From a virus (taxonomy: Duplodnaviria; Heunggongvirae; Uroviricota; Caudoviricetes): a stretch of 64,000 nucleotides of DNA. Position 1 is the stretch's first letter. The number at the start of each line of letters is the position of its first letter. Position numbers and translations under genes: made by a program. Of this stretch, positions 20,266 through 28,816 are shown piece by piece. The notes beneath the pieces are model-generated. The model worked only from the letters and a program-made list of their open reading frames with translations. It was not told where the DNA came from and did no database searches. The stretch lies in IMG/VR virus record IMGVR_UViG_3300014038_000199. One strand, 5' to 3'.

Positions 20266-21153
20266 ATGGGTTTAAGCAATAATTATTTAATTTTGGGATC
20301 AGTAGTTTCCAATAAACTAGCTTTAGTAGACGAAATAATTACTGAAGATATATTAGATGTGCTGGGTGTATTTGTTCTGAATATAGAGAACTTAAAAGTC
20401 AGTATAGATAGTTTATCAGCTTTTAGTAAATTAATTCCCTCTACTACTCTTTATATAAGTTGTGATTTTAGAACACTGTATTTTTATAGGGATGATAAAT
20501 TAGTATATTGTCAAAATAGTATATTTCATGTTATTTTTAATGAGGATTTGGAAAAGCTATCAGAAAATATAAGTTTATTAAAATTATGTAGTGTGAGCAT
20601 AAATTCTAGGTTAGAGTTGGAGAGGTACGATTTATCAAGTAAAAATTCTTCATTACATTTTCTCTATAACATAGATAACGGTCATTTGCTTTTATGCTTT
20701 GGAGGAATAGGTAGTTTATATGATATAACTGATAATAAATTTGTAAAAAATAACTTATACTTAGGAGAGCAAGCTAATATAAATTCTACTAATGCATATA
20801 GAAACTATTTTATTACAGATAGTAATGGATTTTATTCTTTAGGTAACGGCATTTATATTTTAGGAAAAGCTTTTTATAACGAGAATGTAATTCTTCCAAA
20901 AGATTGTGTTACTTTATTAATACTCTCTAGCTGTGGTTCAATTTACTCTAAGGCTAAATTACAAAATATACGAAGTATAACATTTCCAAAATGCTTTAGC
21001 TCAGTTTCCTTTAACTTGCATTCCAATTTAATTTTTGATAAATTAAAGCTTTATTTTCCAAAAGATTTAGATAAAGGAGTAGTAGATAAAACATTAAAAG
21101 CTTTCAAATTAAACTCAATATGTAAAAAAGGTATAAGTATACAGACAATATAA
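20266..21153 (+). CDS. Paralog-array protein
   Basis: Start refined to MGLSNNY (GAGG RBS). VLGVFVLNIENL, NVILPKDCVTL, ITFPKCF, LYFPKD, ISIQTI*. Confidence 0.7.
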   Translation: MGLSNNYLILGSVVSNKLALVDEIITEDILDVLGVFVLNIENLKVSIDSLSAFSKLIPSTTLYISCDFRTLYFYRDDKLVYCQNSIFHVIFNEDLEKLSENISLLKLCSVSINSRLELERYDLSSKNSSLHFLYNIDNGHLLLCFGGIGSLYDITDNKFVKNNLYLGEQANINSTNAYRNYFITDSNGFYSLGNGIYILGKAFYNENVILPKDCVTLLILSSCGSIYSKAKLQNIRSITFPKCFSSVSFNLHSNLIFDKLKLYFPKDLDKGVVDKTLKAFKLNSICKKGISIQTI

Positions 21154-21169
21154 ATAGGGAGGTTTATTA

Positions 21170-22288
21170 GTGTATAAAAGAAAAATAGTATTAGCATTAG
21201 GCTTATTAGCAATAATACTTTCTGCTTGTGGCAAAAAAGATAAAAATGATTATAAAACAATGTATGAGTCTGCTTCTTCTCAATTATCCAGCAAGACTTT
21301 TGAAAATAATAGTTTAAGGCTTGCTTTAGCTGGTTATGATGAGAAGTATAAAGATAGTGTAGATTTAACTCAATATACTGTTATGGATACAGGCAGTATA
21401 GCCTTTAATACCTTTAATAATCAAGTTTATTTGGATAGTAAAGTTAAATTTCAGCAACAAGATGCTATCCAAAATAGTACTAAACTTAATTTAGTAGGGA
21501 ATATTTCTGTATCTCCTACAGACAGTTGGGTTGTTAGAACTAATACATCAAAAACAGAATTAAGCAATAAGAACGGCATAACTGGTAACATCGAGATTTA
21601 TAAGATATACGATACTGTAGCTGCTGAGTTTATTTATACTAACTTTATGGAACCATTTATTCAGGCAAACAGTTTAGATGTAAACAGTATGCAATATTTA
21701 TTTATTGGGAGTAGTAAAAGCGGAGTTGAGGTTACTTCTAAAGTCAATATAACAACTACTGAAGTAACTGATAAAGTAAAAACAGTAGATGCTAAATATT
21801 TATATGATGAGTCTGAACTAGCCAGTGTTCAATCAGAGCAACTCAAAGTAGAAAAAGCAAAGTTAGAATCCAGTAAAGCAGAGGAAGAGTCTTTAGCCAG
21901 AAAATTAGCAGAGGCAACTGCTGTAAGTTCAGAGGGAGAATCAGAAAGCAGTCAAGAAATAAGTGAGGCACCTCCAGAAACAGAGACTACAGCAGAGACT
22001 ACTGCTGAATCAGAAGTGGAACAATCTACTGAGGGCAGTTTAAGCTCAAGTGAGTACAGTGAACTCGAAAAGCAAGTTAAATCACAGTATGTAGATGTGC
22101 AGATACCCGAGTATAAATCTGTTACTAATGAATACATATTCAGAGTAGGTATACTCATGAGTGGAGAAAACGCTGTAGTTTATAAGTTTCTTTATAAAAA
22201 AGAGGATGAATTATCCTGTAAAGAAATTGTTGATAATCTTATAAATTCTATACAAGTAGATAATATGAATGTCAGCATGGAAAAATAA
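21170..22288 (+). CDS. Lipoprotein with S/E/T-rich linker
   Basis: MYKRK + hydrophobic stretch + lipobox LSAC. GGAGG RBS. Confidence 0.8.
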   Translation: MYKRKIVLALGLLAIILSACGKKDKNDYKTMYESASSQLSSKTFENNSLRLALAGYDEKYKDSVDLTQYTVMDTGSIAFNTFNNQVYLDSKVKFQQQDAIQNSTKLNLVGNISVSPTDSWVVRTNTSKTELSNKNGITGNIEIYKIYDTVAAEFIYTNFMEPFIQANSLDVNSMQYLFIGSSKSGVEVTSKVNITTTEVTDKVKTVDAKYLYDESELASVQSEQLKVEKAKLESSKAEEESLARKLAEATAVSSEGESESSQEISEAPPETETTAETTAESEVEQSTEGSLSSSEYSELEKQVKSQYVDVQIPEYKSVTNEYIFRVGILMSGENAVVYKFLYKKEDELSCKEIVDNLINSIQVDNMNVSMEK

Positions 22289-22396
22289 TAGTCCTTTTAA
22301 GTCAATAGGAACAGTCTAAATATGTTATTAACTATTTTTCTTGTAGTTAATAACATATTTTGTTTATATAGTAAGATAAGAGAGGAGGTAATCGGG

Positions 22397-24838
22397 TTGA
22401 GTAATCAGACTAAGGGAGCAACTGAAAAAGCGGTAATAGCGGCTATACTTAGAAAAGATGGAATTAAGCCTTGGGGATTCAGAGTAGCTTCTATAGATAA
22501 TGGTATTGTAAAAGATGCTACTTATGATACATTTATAAAGGTTTATAAGACAGGTAAATTAAATATTCTTAATGCTAAAGTAGTTCAAGGATATGAGAGA
22601 GATTTTAGAGGAAATCCTATAATAAGAGATGGTAAGAAAGTAGAGATAGAAGAGGTTGTTGGTGTAGGCATGTCTTTAGATAGATTGCCTAAAATAAATA
22701 TCAGGTTAAAGCCAACCGACTATATGTATGTTTTTGAGAATAAGTTTGCAGTAGTTTATGCGGTTAAATTATTGGGTGGAAAGTATAAACTTGTAGATTA
22801 TGGTGGAAAGGTACTTGCTTTAGGGGATGATGACTTTAAGTATTATAAAAGTAATCTAGTAAACTTAGACCCATTGATAGATGAAGAGGCTAACTTATCT
22901 AAAATAATGAATATACCTTTAGATAAGAGAGCAAATAGTAGTTTTAACCCCTCTGTTTCTGGAGTTAAAATGAATGAAGTATCTGATGCATTAAGAGCAA
23001 AGACAGAAAGAGAAATTAAAGAGAGGGAAGAAAAAGAGAAGTCAAAGAGAACAATGATGGGTTTATTTGACTTATCTGAGGATAATTGTACTGAAACTGA
23101 ATGTGGTCTTGTGTATTCAATGCCAGATGGCGGTATAGCATTAGATTTTCAAGGAAACGATGACCTTAACAACTATAAGAAGAACAGTGATATAGGTGCT
23201 GGATATAAAATAGCTAACGCTTTAATGCATTTAAGAAATCTTAATTACTTTTATTTTAGTATAATACAGGAGTTAAATAGAGTATTAGTTCCTGCTGAGT
23301 CTTTAGAGATAGGAACTATGGCAGTAAGTCCTACTACTTTGTTTGTTAATGTAGGTTTTGTAGATAGCAAAAGTATACCTGAATTAACTTTTGTATTAAT
23401 GCATGAAGCAATGCATATATTATTTAGGCATAATTATTATGGAATAGGAAAAAATCAAGATATACATAATGTAGCTACAGATTTAATTATAAATAAAACC
23501 ATAACAGATGAATATGGTTGTTTACCTGGCAATAAATCTTCAATTTCTGTATCTGTAAACAATACCAGAGCAGAGATTAAATATCCAGATGATGGTTTAT
23601 GGTTAGAGGCTATAGATACTAATGTAGATACTTCTGAAAGTGTATATCATGAGTTAATAAGTTGTATTGAGAACTCAAAGCAAGGACAGAGCCAGCAAAA
23701 GGGAAATAAAGGACAAAATCAAGGTCAAGGAAACCAAGGAAATAGCCAAGGCAATCAGAGCCAAGGACAAGGAAACCAAAGCCAAGGACAAGGTAATCAA
23801 GGCAATGCTCAGGGCAACCAAGGACAGGGCAACCAAGGCAATCAAGGACAAGGCAATCAAAGTCAAGGACAAGGGCAAGGACAAGGTAGCCAAGGACAAG
23901 GTAGCCAAGGACAAGGTAGCCAAGGACAGGGTAACCAAGGAAATGCTCAAGGGAACCAAGGACAAGGTAGCCAAGGACAGGGTAACCAAGGAAATGCTCA
24001 AGGGAACCAAGGACAAGGTAGCCAAGGACAAGGCAATTCTAATGAACCTTATGAGATAACTTTTAGAGGTACTAAGCTAACTGTAAATCCTCGTAATAGA
24101 GATATTGTACTTTCTGTTGATGATTGTAAGAATGGAAAAGAGGCTATAGGAGATGCATTGAATAAGATAGCTAATAAGGCTATAGCTGCTTGTAAAATAG
24201 CTGGAAGAGAGTTATCTCCTAATATTGAGGCTGTTTTACAAATAGAAACAAAGAGAAGATTAAAGCCAAGATGGCAGAAGATATTAAAGGACTTTTTATC
24301 TAAGCTTGGGGATCCTTATTATACATTCGCTGCTGTTAATAAAAAGTATGTGCATAGAGGCTTAACAGTGCCAGGACCCAAGGTATCTGAGGAGAACCTA
24401 AAGAAATTAAAAAATATAGTATTAGCAATAGATACTTCTGGTTCTATGTTTTCAGATGAAAATTTAAGTAATATAGTAAGTTTAGCTGTATCAATAGTTA
24501 AAAAGTACAATGCAGATGGAGAGATAATATATTGGGATACATCAGTTTCCTCTACAGGAACTTTCAAAGATAGGAGAAGTTTAGTGAGAACTTCTGTTAA
24601 AGGTGGTGGAGGAACAGATATAAATTGTTTATTCGAGTATTTAGATAAAAAATATCCTAGAAAATATAATAAACCTTCTTTGGTATTAGTAATGACAGAT
24701 GGTTATTTTGGAACTCTTAAAGAAGATTATGTTAAGAGATATAAAAATGTAATATGGGCTATTACAGAAGAAGATTATAATGCTTTCAAAAAACCTGAAA
24801 ATGGTAAGTTAGCAGTAATAGAAAATAAATCAAATTAA
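22397..24838 (+). CDS. HExxH metallopeptidase + VWA domain protein (DUF2201-like) with N-terminal extension and Gln/Gly linker
   Basis: Start refined to TTG after GAGGAGG. HEAMH, NVATDLIIN, MIDAS DTSGS...GGGGTD...MTDG. Confidence 0.85.
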   Translation: MSNQTKGATEKAVIAAILRKDGIKPWGFRVASIDNGIVKDATYDTFIKVYKTGKLNILNAKVVQGYERDFRGNPIIRDGKKVEIEEVVGVGMSLDRLPKINIRLKPTDYMYVFENKFAVVYAVKLLGGKYKLVDYGGKVLALGDDDFKYYKSNLVNLDPLIDEEANLSKIMNIPLDKRANSSFNPSVSGVKMNEVSDALRAKTEREIKEREEKEKSKRTMMGLFDLSEDNCTETECGLVYSMPDGGIALDFQGNDDLNNYKKNSDIGAGYKIANALMHLRNLNYFYFSIIQELNRVLVPAESLEIGTMAVSPTTLFVNVGFVDSKSIPELTFVLMHEAMHILFRHNYYGIGKNQDIHNVATDLIINKTITDEYGCLPGNKSSISVSVNNTRAEIKYPDDGLWLEAIDTNVDTSESVYHELISCIENSKQGQSQQKGNKGQNQGQGNQGNSQGNQSQGQGNQSQGQGNQGNAQGNQGQGNQGNQGQGNQSQGQGQGQGSQGQGSQGQGSQGQGNQGNAQGNQGQGSQGQGNQGNAQGNQGQGSQGQGNSNEPYEITFRGTKLTVNPRNRDIVLSVDDCKNGKEAIGDALNKIANKAIAACKIAGRELSPNIEAVLQIETKRRLKPRWQKILKDFLSKLGDPYYTFAAVNKKYVHRGLTVPGPKVSEENLKKLKNIVLAIDTSGSMFSDENLSNIVSLAVSIVKKYNADGEIIYWDTSVSSTGTFKDRRSLVRTSVKGGGGTDINCLFEYLDKKYPRKYNKPSLVLVMTDGYFGTLKEDYVKRYKNVIWAITEEDYNAFKKPENGKLAVIENKSN
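23680..24040 (+). repeat. Coding tandem repeat (GSQGQ/GNQ units; includes a 51-bp duplicated unit)
   Basis: GGTAGCCAAGGACAA 15-mers and two copies of GSQGQGNQGNAQGNQGQ. Confidence 0.9.
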
Positions 24839-24889
24839 AGGAGGGAGAATCAGATATGGTTGTTTTGAACAGTTTTTATTAAACTACAC

Positions 24890-25051
24890 AGTGTAAATAT
24901 TTTAGTTAATGTCAATAAAGATAAGCTATTACCTAATGAGGAGTTATTGCAAGATTTAATGTCTATTATTCATGTTTTTTCTTATAAAATATATGGTCTT
25001 AGAAAATATAAAAAATCCATAAGTGAGGATAAAGATGTTAATAAGTTATAA
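24890..25051 (+). pseudogene. tnpA: IS607 serine-recombinase TnpA, C-terminal remnant
   Basis: SVNILVNVNKDKLLPNEELLQDLMSIIHVFSYKIYGLRKYKK resembles the IS607 TnpA tail (EEL..DL.SII.VFS..LYG.R). No start codon or catalytic domain. Confidence 0.8.
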
Positions 25052-26174
25052 AACAGAAATAAATCCAACATTTTCACAAATAGATAAAATAAATAAAACA
25101 TTAGGTGTATGTAGATTTTTATATAATACTTACATATATGAAAATATACAAGCTTATAAAAATAATAAGTCATTTATTACAGGGTATGATTTTGATAAAT
25201 ATGTCAATAATACACTAATACCTAATAATTTATGGATTAAAGATGCATATTCAAAAGCAAGGAAAAAAGCAATTATGAATGCAGAAATGGCATTTAAGAA
25301 CTTTTTTAAGAATAAATCGAAATTTCCTAAGTTTAAGAAAAAAGGTAAATGCCATAACAGTTTTTATTTTGTTAAAAATAATAAAACTGATTGCATTATA
25401 CAAAGGCATAGAATAAAAATACCGTCTTTGGGATTTGTAAGATTAAAAGAAAAAGGTTATATACCAGTTGGTAAAGTTATTAAATCAGGTTGTATATCTA
25501 AACAGACAAATAAATATTTTTTATCTGTTATTATAGATATTAATATATCACAATCTATATCAACTTATAGCAATGGATTGGGTATTGATTTAGGACTTAA
25601 AAACTTTGCTGTTTTATCTACAGGTAAAACATATAAAAATATAAATAAATTAAGAGTAATTAGAAATATAGAAAAACGCTTAAAAAGAGAGCAAAAGCGT
25701 CTTTCTAAAAAATATAAAAATAAAAAGAGAGGAGTAGCTACTTTAGATAAGAATATACATAAGAAAATTAGCAGAATACAAAAACTACATTATAAATTAT
25801 CTTGTATTAGAACAGATTATATAAATAAAATAGTAAGTGAATTGGTGAAAACCAAGCCACAATTCATAACTATAGAAAATCTGAATATTACAGGTATGAT
25901 GAAAAATAGGCATTTATCAAAAGCTATATCTAATCAAAAGTTTTATGAATTTAGGACTAGACTAATAAATAAGGCTAAGAGATTAAATATAGAAATAAGG
26001 TTAGCTGATGTATTTTATCCCTCAAGTAAATTATGCTCATGCTGTAATAATATTAAACATGATTTGAAACTAAAAGATAGAATATATAAGTGTAATTATT
26101 GTAATCTTGAAATAGATAGAGATTATAATGCAAGTATAAATCTTATGAAATGTCAAAATTATAAATTAGCATAG
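25035..26174 (+). CDS. tnpB: TnpB RNA-guided nuclease
   Basis: N-terminal HTH (GVCRFLYN), RuvC triad GIDLG / TIENL / DRDYNASINL, zinc finger CSCC...CNYC. ATG at 25035 follows GAGG. Confidence 0.95.
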   Translation: MLISYKTEINPTFSQIDKINKTLGVCRFLYNTYIYENIQAYKNNKSFITGYDFDKYVNNTLIPNNLWIKDAYSKARKKAIMNAEMAFKNFFKNKSKFPKFKKKGKCHNSFYFVKNNKTDCIIQRHRIKIPSLGFVRLKEKGYIPVGKVIKSGCISKQTNKYFLSVIIDINISQSISTYSNGLGIDLGLKNFAVLSTGKTYKNINKLRVIRNIEKRLKREQKRLSKKYKNKKRGVATLDKNIHKKISRIQKLHYKLSCIRTDYINKIVSELVKTKPQFITIENLNITGMMKNRHLSKAISNQKFYEFRTRLINKAKRLNIEIRLADVFYPSSKLCSCCNNIKHDLKLKDRIYKCNYCNLEIDRDYNASINLMKCQNYKLA

Positions 26175-26328
26175 TTAAATATAATTTATAATATGTACCG
26201 ATGGCTAGTCGGGAATTTACGCCTTTGGAGAACTATACAAACAAGAGTAGTAATTATATATTATGAAATTGGGTTCATTGAATAAGGAATTTTCTTATTA
26301 TATACTTTTGTATATGATTTAAGTAGCA
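26175..26328 (+). ncRNA. TnpB omegaRNA scaffold (right-end RNA)
   Basis: GTACCGATGGCTAGTCGGGAATTTACGCCTTTGGAG...GGGTTCATTGAATAAGGAA lies between tnpB and the right end, the typical omegaRNA position. Confidence 0.7.
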
Positions 26329-26336
26329 GAAATAGA

Positions 26337-27572
26337 ATGCAAGATACAAGTATGAATTTAATGGAAATAAGCATTGGTATGATGATGAACCTTATTAAAG
26401 AGCAATTAGAGGATGAACTTTATGAGCATCCAATGCTTTTTTTAGGTAAATCTGGTATAGGTAAAACCGAGTCATTAATGGGGTTAGCTAAGACTATGGG
26501 AATAGGATTTAAGGAATTTAGGCTTATACTCACTAATGAGGTTGATTTAATGGGTACACCTACTATTGATAAAGATGCTGATGGAAGTCAGTGGTCATCC
26601 TTTGCTACTCCGAAAACAATGCCAGATGCAAAGAAAGATGGAGAGATAGGTATATTGCTCTTTGATGAGATTACTTCTGCTACAGCTAATGTTAGAACAG
26701 CGGCTATGCAGTTAATGGATAAGAGTAGAAGTTTAGGAAGTTATAAGTTACCTCCAAAGTGGTTGATAGTTTGTTTGGGAAACGGAGAAGAAGATGGTGG
26801 TAACTTCAATGGTATGGAGTTTGCTTTCTTAAATAGGTGTATATCTTATAGAGTTAAGACTGAGGTAGATTGTACTGACCCTGCAAGAGGATTAGGTTGG
26901 GTACAGTGGGCTATGAAGAGCAACTTAAATCCATCTGTAATATCTTATATTAAAGAGTATGGAGCAGATGTTTTACATAAGTTTGACACTGATGAGCCAG
27001 CAGCGGCTTTCCCAAGTCCTCGTAGCTGGACACATCTAGCTGAAAAATTAACTTTACAGGAAAAGAAAAATGGAGGTAAGCCACTTTCTGAAATGCCAGT
27101 AACAATATATGCTTCTGGTTTTGTTGGAAGAGAGCAAGGAGATAGGTTTGCTCAGTATTACAGATACAAAGAGCAACTTGTTTCTCCAAAAGAGATTTTA
27201 ACTGGTAAGGTTAAAGTTGAGGATGCTTTTAAGGGTAAAGACCGTTCAGTGGCTCTTATGCAGTATACTGCTATAGTCAATTTTATGGTAGATGCTCTTA
27301 GAGATGATTTAGAGGTATTTGATATATCTAAGATAGACCCTGAAACAGGTCAATTAAAGCTTAGTAAGCAAAATGTAGAATACTTTGAAAATTTCTTTGA
27401 TTTAATGATAACATTAAGCAGACCTGAAGATTGTTTATATCTATTTTCTAATATTATGTGTGCTTATGGAAGTAAGGTACAGGGTTCTTTAACAGCAGTA
27501 AAGAATTATGAGAAATTTAAGAATACAAACCAATTCAGACAGCTTAGTAACATGTCTATGATGATAAGATAA
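26337..27572 (+). CDS. MoxR-like AAA+ ATPase
   Basis: GKSGIGKT, DLMG.P, LLFDE, LNR, SPRSW. Sits next to a VWA protein. Confidence 0.85.
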   Translation: MQDTSMNLMEISIGMMMNLIKEQLEDELYEHPMLFLGKSGIGKTESLMGLAKTMGIGFKEFRLILTNEVDLMGTPTIDKDADGSQWSSFATPKTMPDAKKDGEIGILLFDEITSATANVRTAAMQLMDKSRSLGSYKLPPKWLIVCLGNGEEDGGNFNGMEFAFLNRCISYRVKTEVDCTDPARGLGWVQWAMKSNLNPSVISYIKEYGADVLHKFDTDEPAAAFPSPRSWTHLAEKLTLQEKKNGGKPLSEMPVTIYASGFVGREQGDRFAQYYRYKEQLVSPKEILTGKVKVEDAFKGKDRSVALMQYTAIVNFMVDALRDDLEVFDISKIDPETGQLKLSKQNVEYFENFFDLMITLSRPEDCLYLFSNIMCAYGSKVQGSLTAVKNYEKFKNTNQFRQLSNMSMMIR

Positions 27573-27585
27573 GGGGGGATACAGA

Positions 27586-28707
27586 ATGATGACACCATTA
27601 AAGAATTTAGCTTTTGTAACTAAGGAAGTAAACTCTTTGGATATGTTAGCTATAAAAAAGAAAGATTCAGCAGCTTTGCTTAGAAACATTAATATAACAA
27701 GTTATTTTGGAGGAACAGATTTTAAGTTAGTTACTGACTTAAATCAAAAGGCTAGTTTAATAAAAAGCTGTGAGTTTGTAAATTTCAGCTTAAATAATGG
27801 AGAGATTGTTTATGAGGGATACTCTGGTATATTTGGTAAACAAGTAAGAAATAAGGGAATAGTGACCTATGTTATTTTATCTGATATTAAAAAGAATGAT
27901 GACATAGTAGGTTATGTAGTAGCTTATGAAGATAAAGCAGGAGTTCACATAAAGATAATTAAATTAGATGATGCATTAAAAATTTGTAAGAAATATCTTG
28001 AGCATGATTACAGGGCATTTCAAAATGGAATATATGTAAGTGCTACTGAAGATAAGAGAGACTTTATAAGGTCACATAGTATAGAGTTTATGAGTACTTC
28101 TTTGAAAGTACAAAGAGCAAAGCCAAAAGCTATACCAAACAAACCAGAGGATATTAAAAAGGCTGAAACTCTTGATAATACAGGAGGATTTAGCAAAGAG
28201 CAGTTGGCATTATTAAAGAAGTATAAAGACTTAGGTATGCCAATTAAAAAGATAGCTAATCCTAACTTATCTGTAGAACAGATGGAAATACTAATGCAAC
28301 TGGAAAAAGCTGGTGCGGATTGTAGTTATTTTGCAGACCCTAAAGCTAGTGTAGACACTCTAAAGTTCTATTTAGCAGATGCTTTATCTGGTTCAGCAAA
28401 GGATATAGAAAATTATGTTTATCTGGATTTAAGTCCATCACAGTTAGCTGAGGTATCATTAGGATATGCAAATGGAATAGATTATCCTCAATATGCAGAT
28501 AAGTTAATACCTGCTACAGAAATGGCAGAAATTAGAATAAGATTAGAGAGTGGCTTTTGGGATAAAGGAGTAGTACCTGCTGATGATATATTCAGCTTAA
28601 AGCTAAGAAGTGAAAAGTCAAAGCTTGGAGAAAATTCAGAAAAAAGTAATAAGATTGATAGTAAGTTAGATGAAATTAATTCACTTAAAAAGAAATACAG
28701 AGCTTAG
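27586..28707 (+). CDS. Hypothetical protein with C-terminal helical repeats
   Basis: Repeats of type (F/L)S.EQ(L/M)..(I/L)...G.D...(Y/F)A(N/D)P. Confidence 0.75.
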   Translation: MMTPLKNLAFVTKEVNSLDMLAIKKKDSAALLRNINITSYFGGTDFKLVTDLNQKASLIKSCEFVNFSLNNGEIVYEGYSGIFGKQVRNKGIVTYVILSDIKKNDDIVGYVVAYEDKAGVHIKIIKLDDALKICKKYLEHDYRAFQNGIYVSATEDKRDFIRSHSIEFMSTSLKVQRAKPKAIPNKPEDIKKAETLDNTGGFSKEQLALLKKYKDLGMPIKKIANPNLSVEQMEILMQLEKAGADCSYFADPKASVDTLKFYLADALSGSAKDIENYVYLDLSPSQLAEVSLGYANGIDYPQYADKLIPATEMAEIRIRLESGFWDKGVVPADDIFSLKLRSEKSKLGENSEKSNKIDSKLDEINSLKKKYRA

Positions 28708-28718
28708 TAGGTAGATTT

Positions 28719-28765
28719 TTAGAACAGTAGTGATATTTTTAAGATGCACTGCTGTTCTATTTTTA
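28719..28765 (+). terminator. Rho-independent terminator
   Basis: TAGAACAGTAGTG...CACTGCTGTTCTA followed by a T tract. Confidence 0.65.
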
Positions 28766-28816
28766 TGCCAATTTGTAGTAATTCTAAAATATAATTTTAA
28801 GTGGAGATGTTAGTTT

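Larger units (their letters stand above)
24860..26328 (+). mobile_element. IS607-family element, non-autonomous (tnpA remnant + tnpB + omegaRNA)
   Basis: Contains a TnpA C-terminal remnant, an intact TnpB and a right end ...TTTAAGTAGCA(G). Removing it joins ATGG|GAAATAGAATG in frame with the MoxR ORF. Confidence 0.8.

Noticed and set aside
11372..21153. Diversity-generating retroelement behind the paralog array
   Set aside because: There is no reverse transcriptase in the window and no near-identical TR/VR nucleotide pair was noticed.
23680..24040. Possible CRISPR array
   Set aside because: The repeats are contiguous and codon-phased with no unique spacers. No cas genes were seen.
23667..24059. 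Alternative-frame and antisense repeat ORFs (KDKVA / LSLAT)
   Set aside because: They are by-products of the Gln/Gly coding repeat inside the VWA gene.
24860..26328. IStron (group I intron-IS607 chimera) that would splice and restore MoxR
   Set aside because: Only about 30 nt lie between the left end and the tnpA remnant, leaving no room for a group I core.
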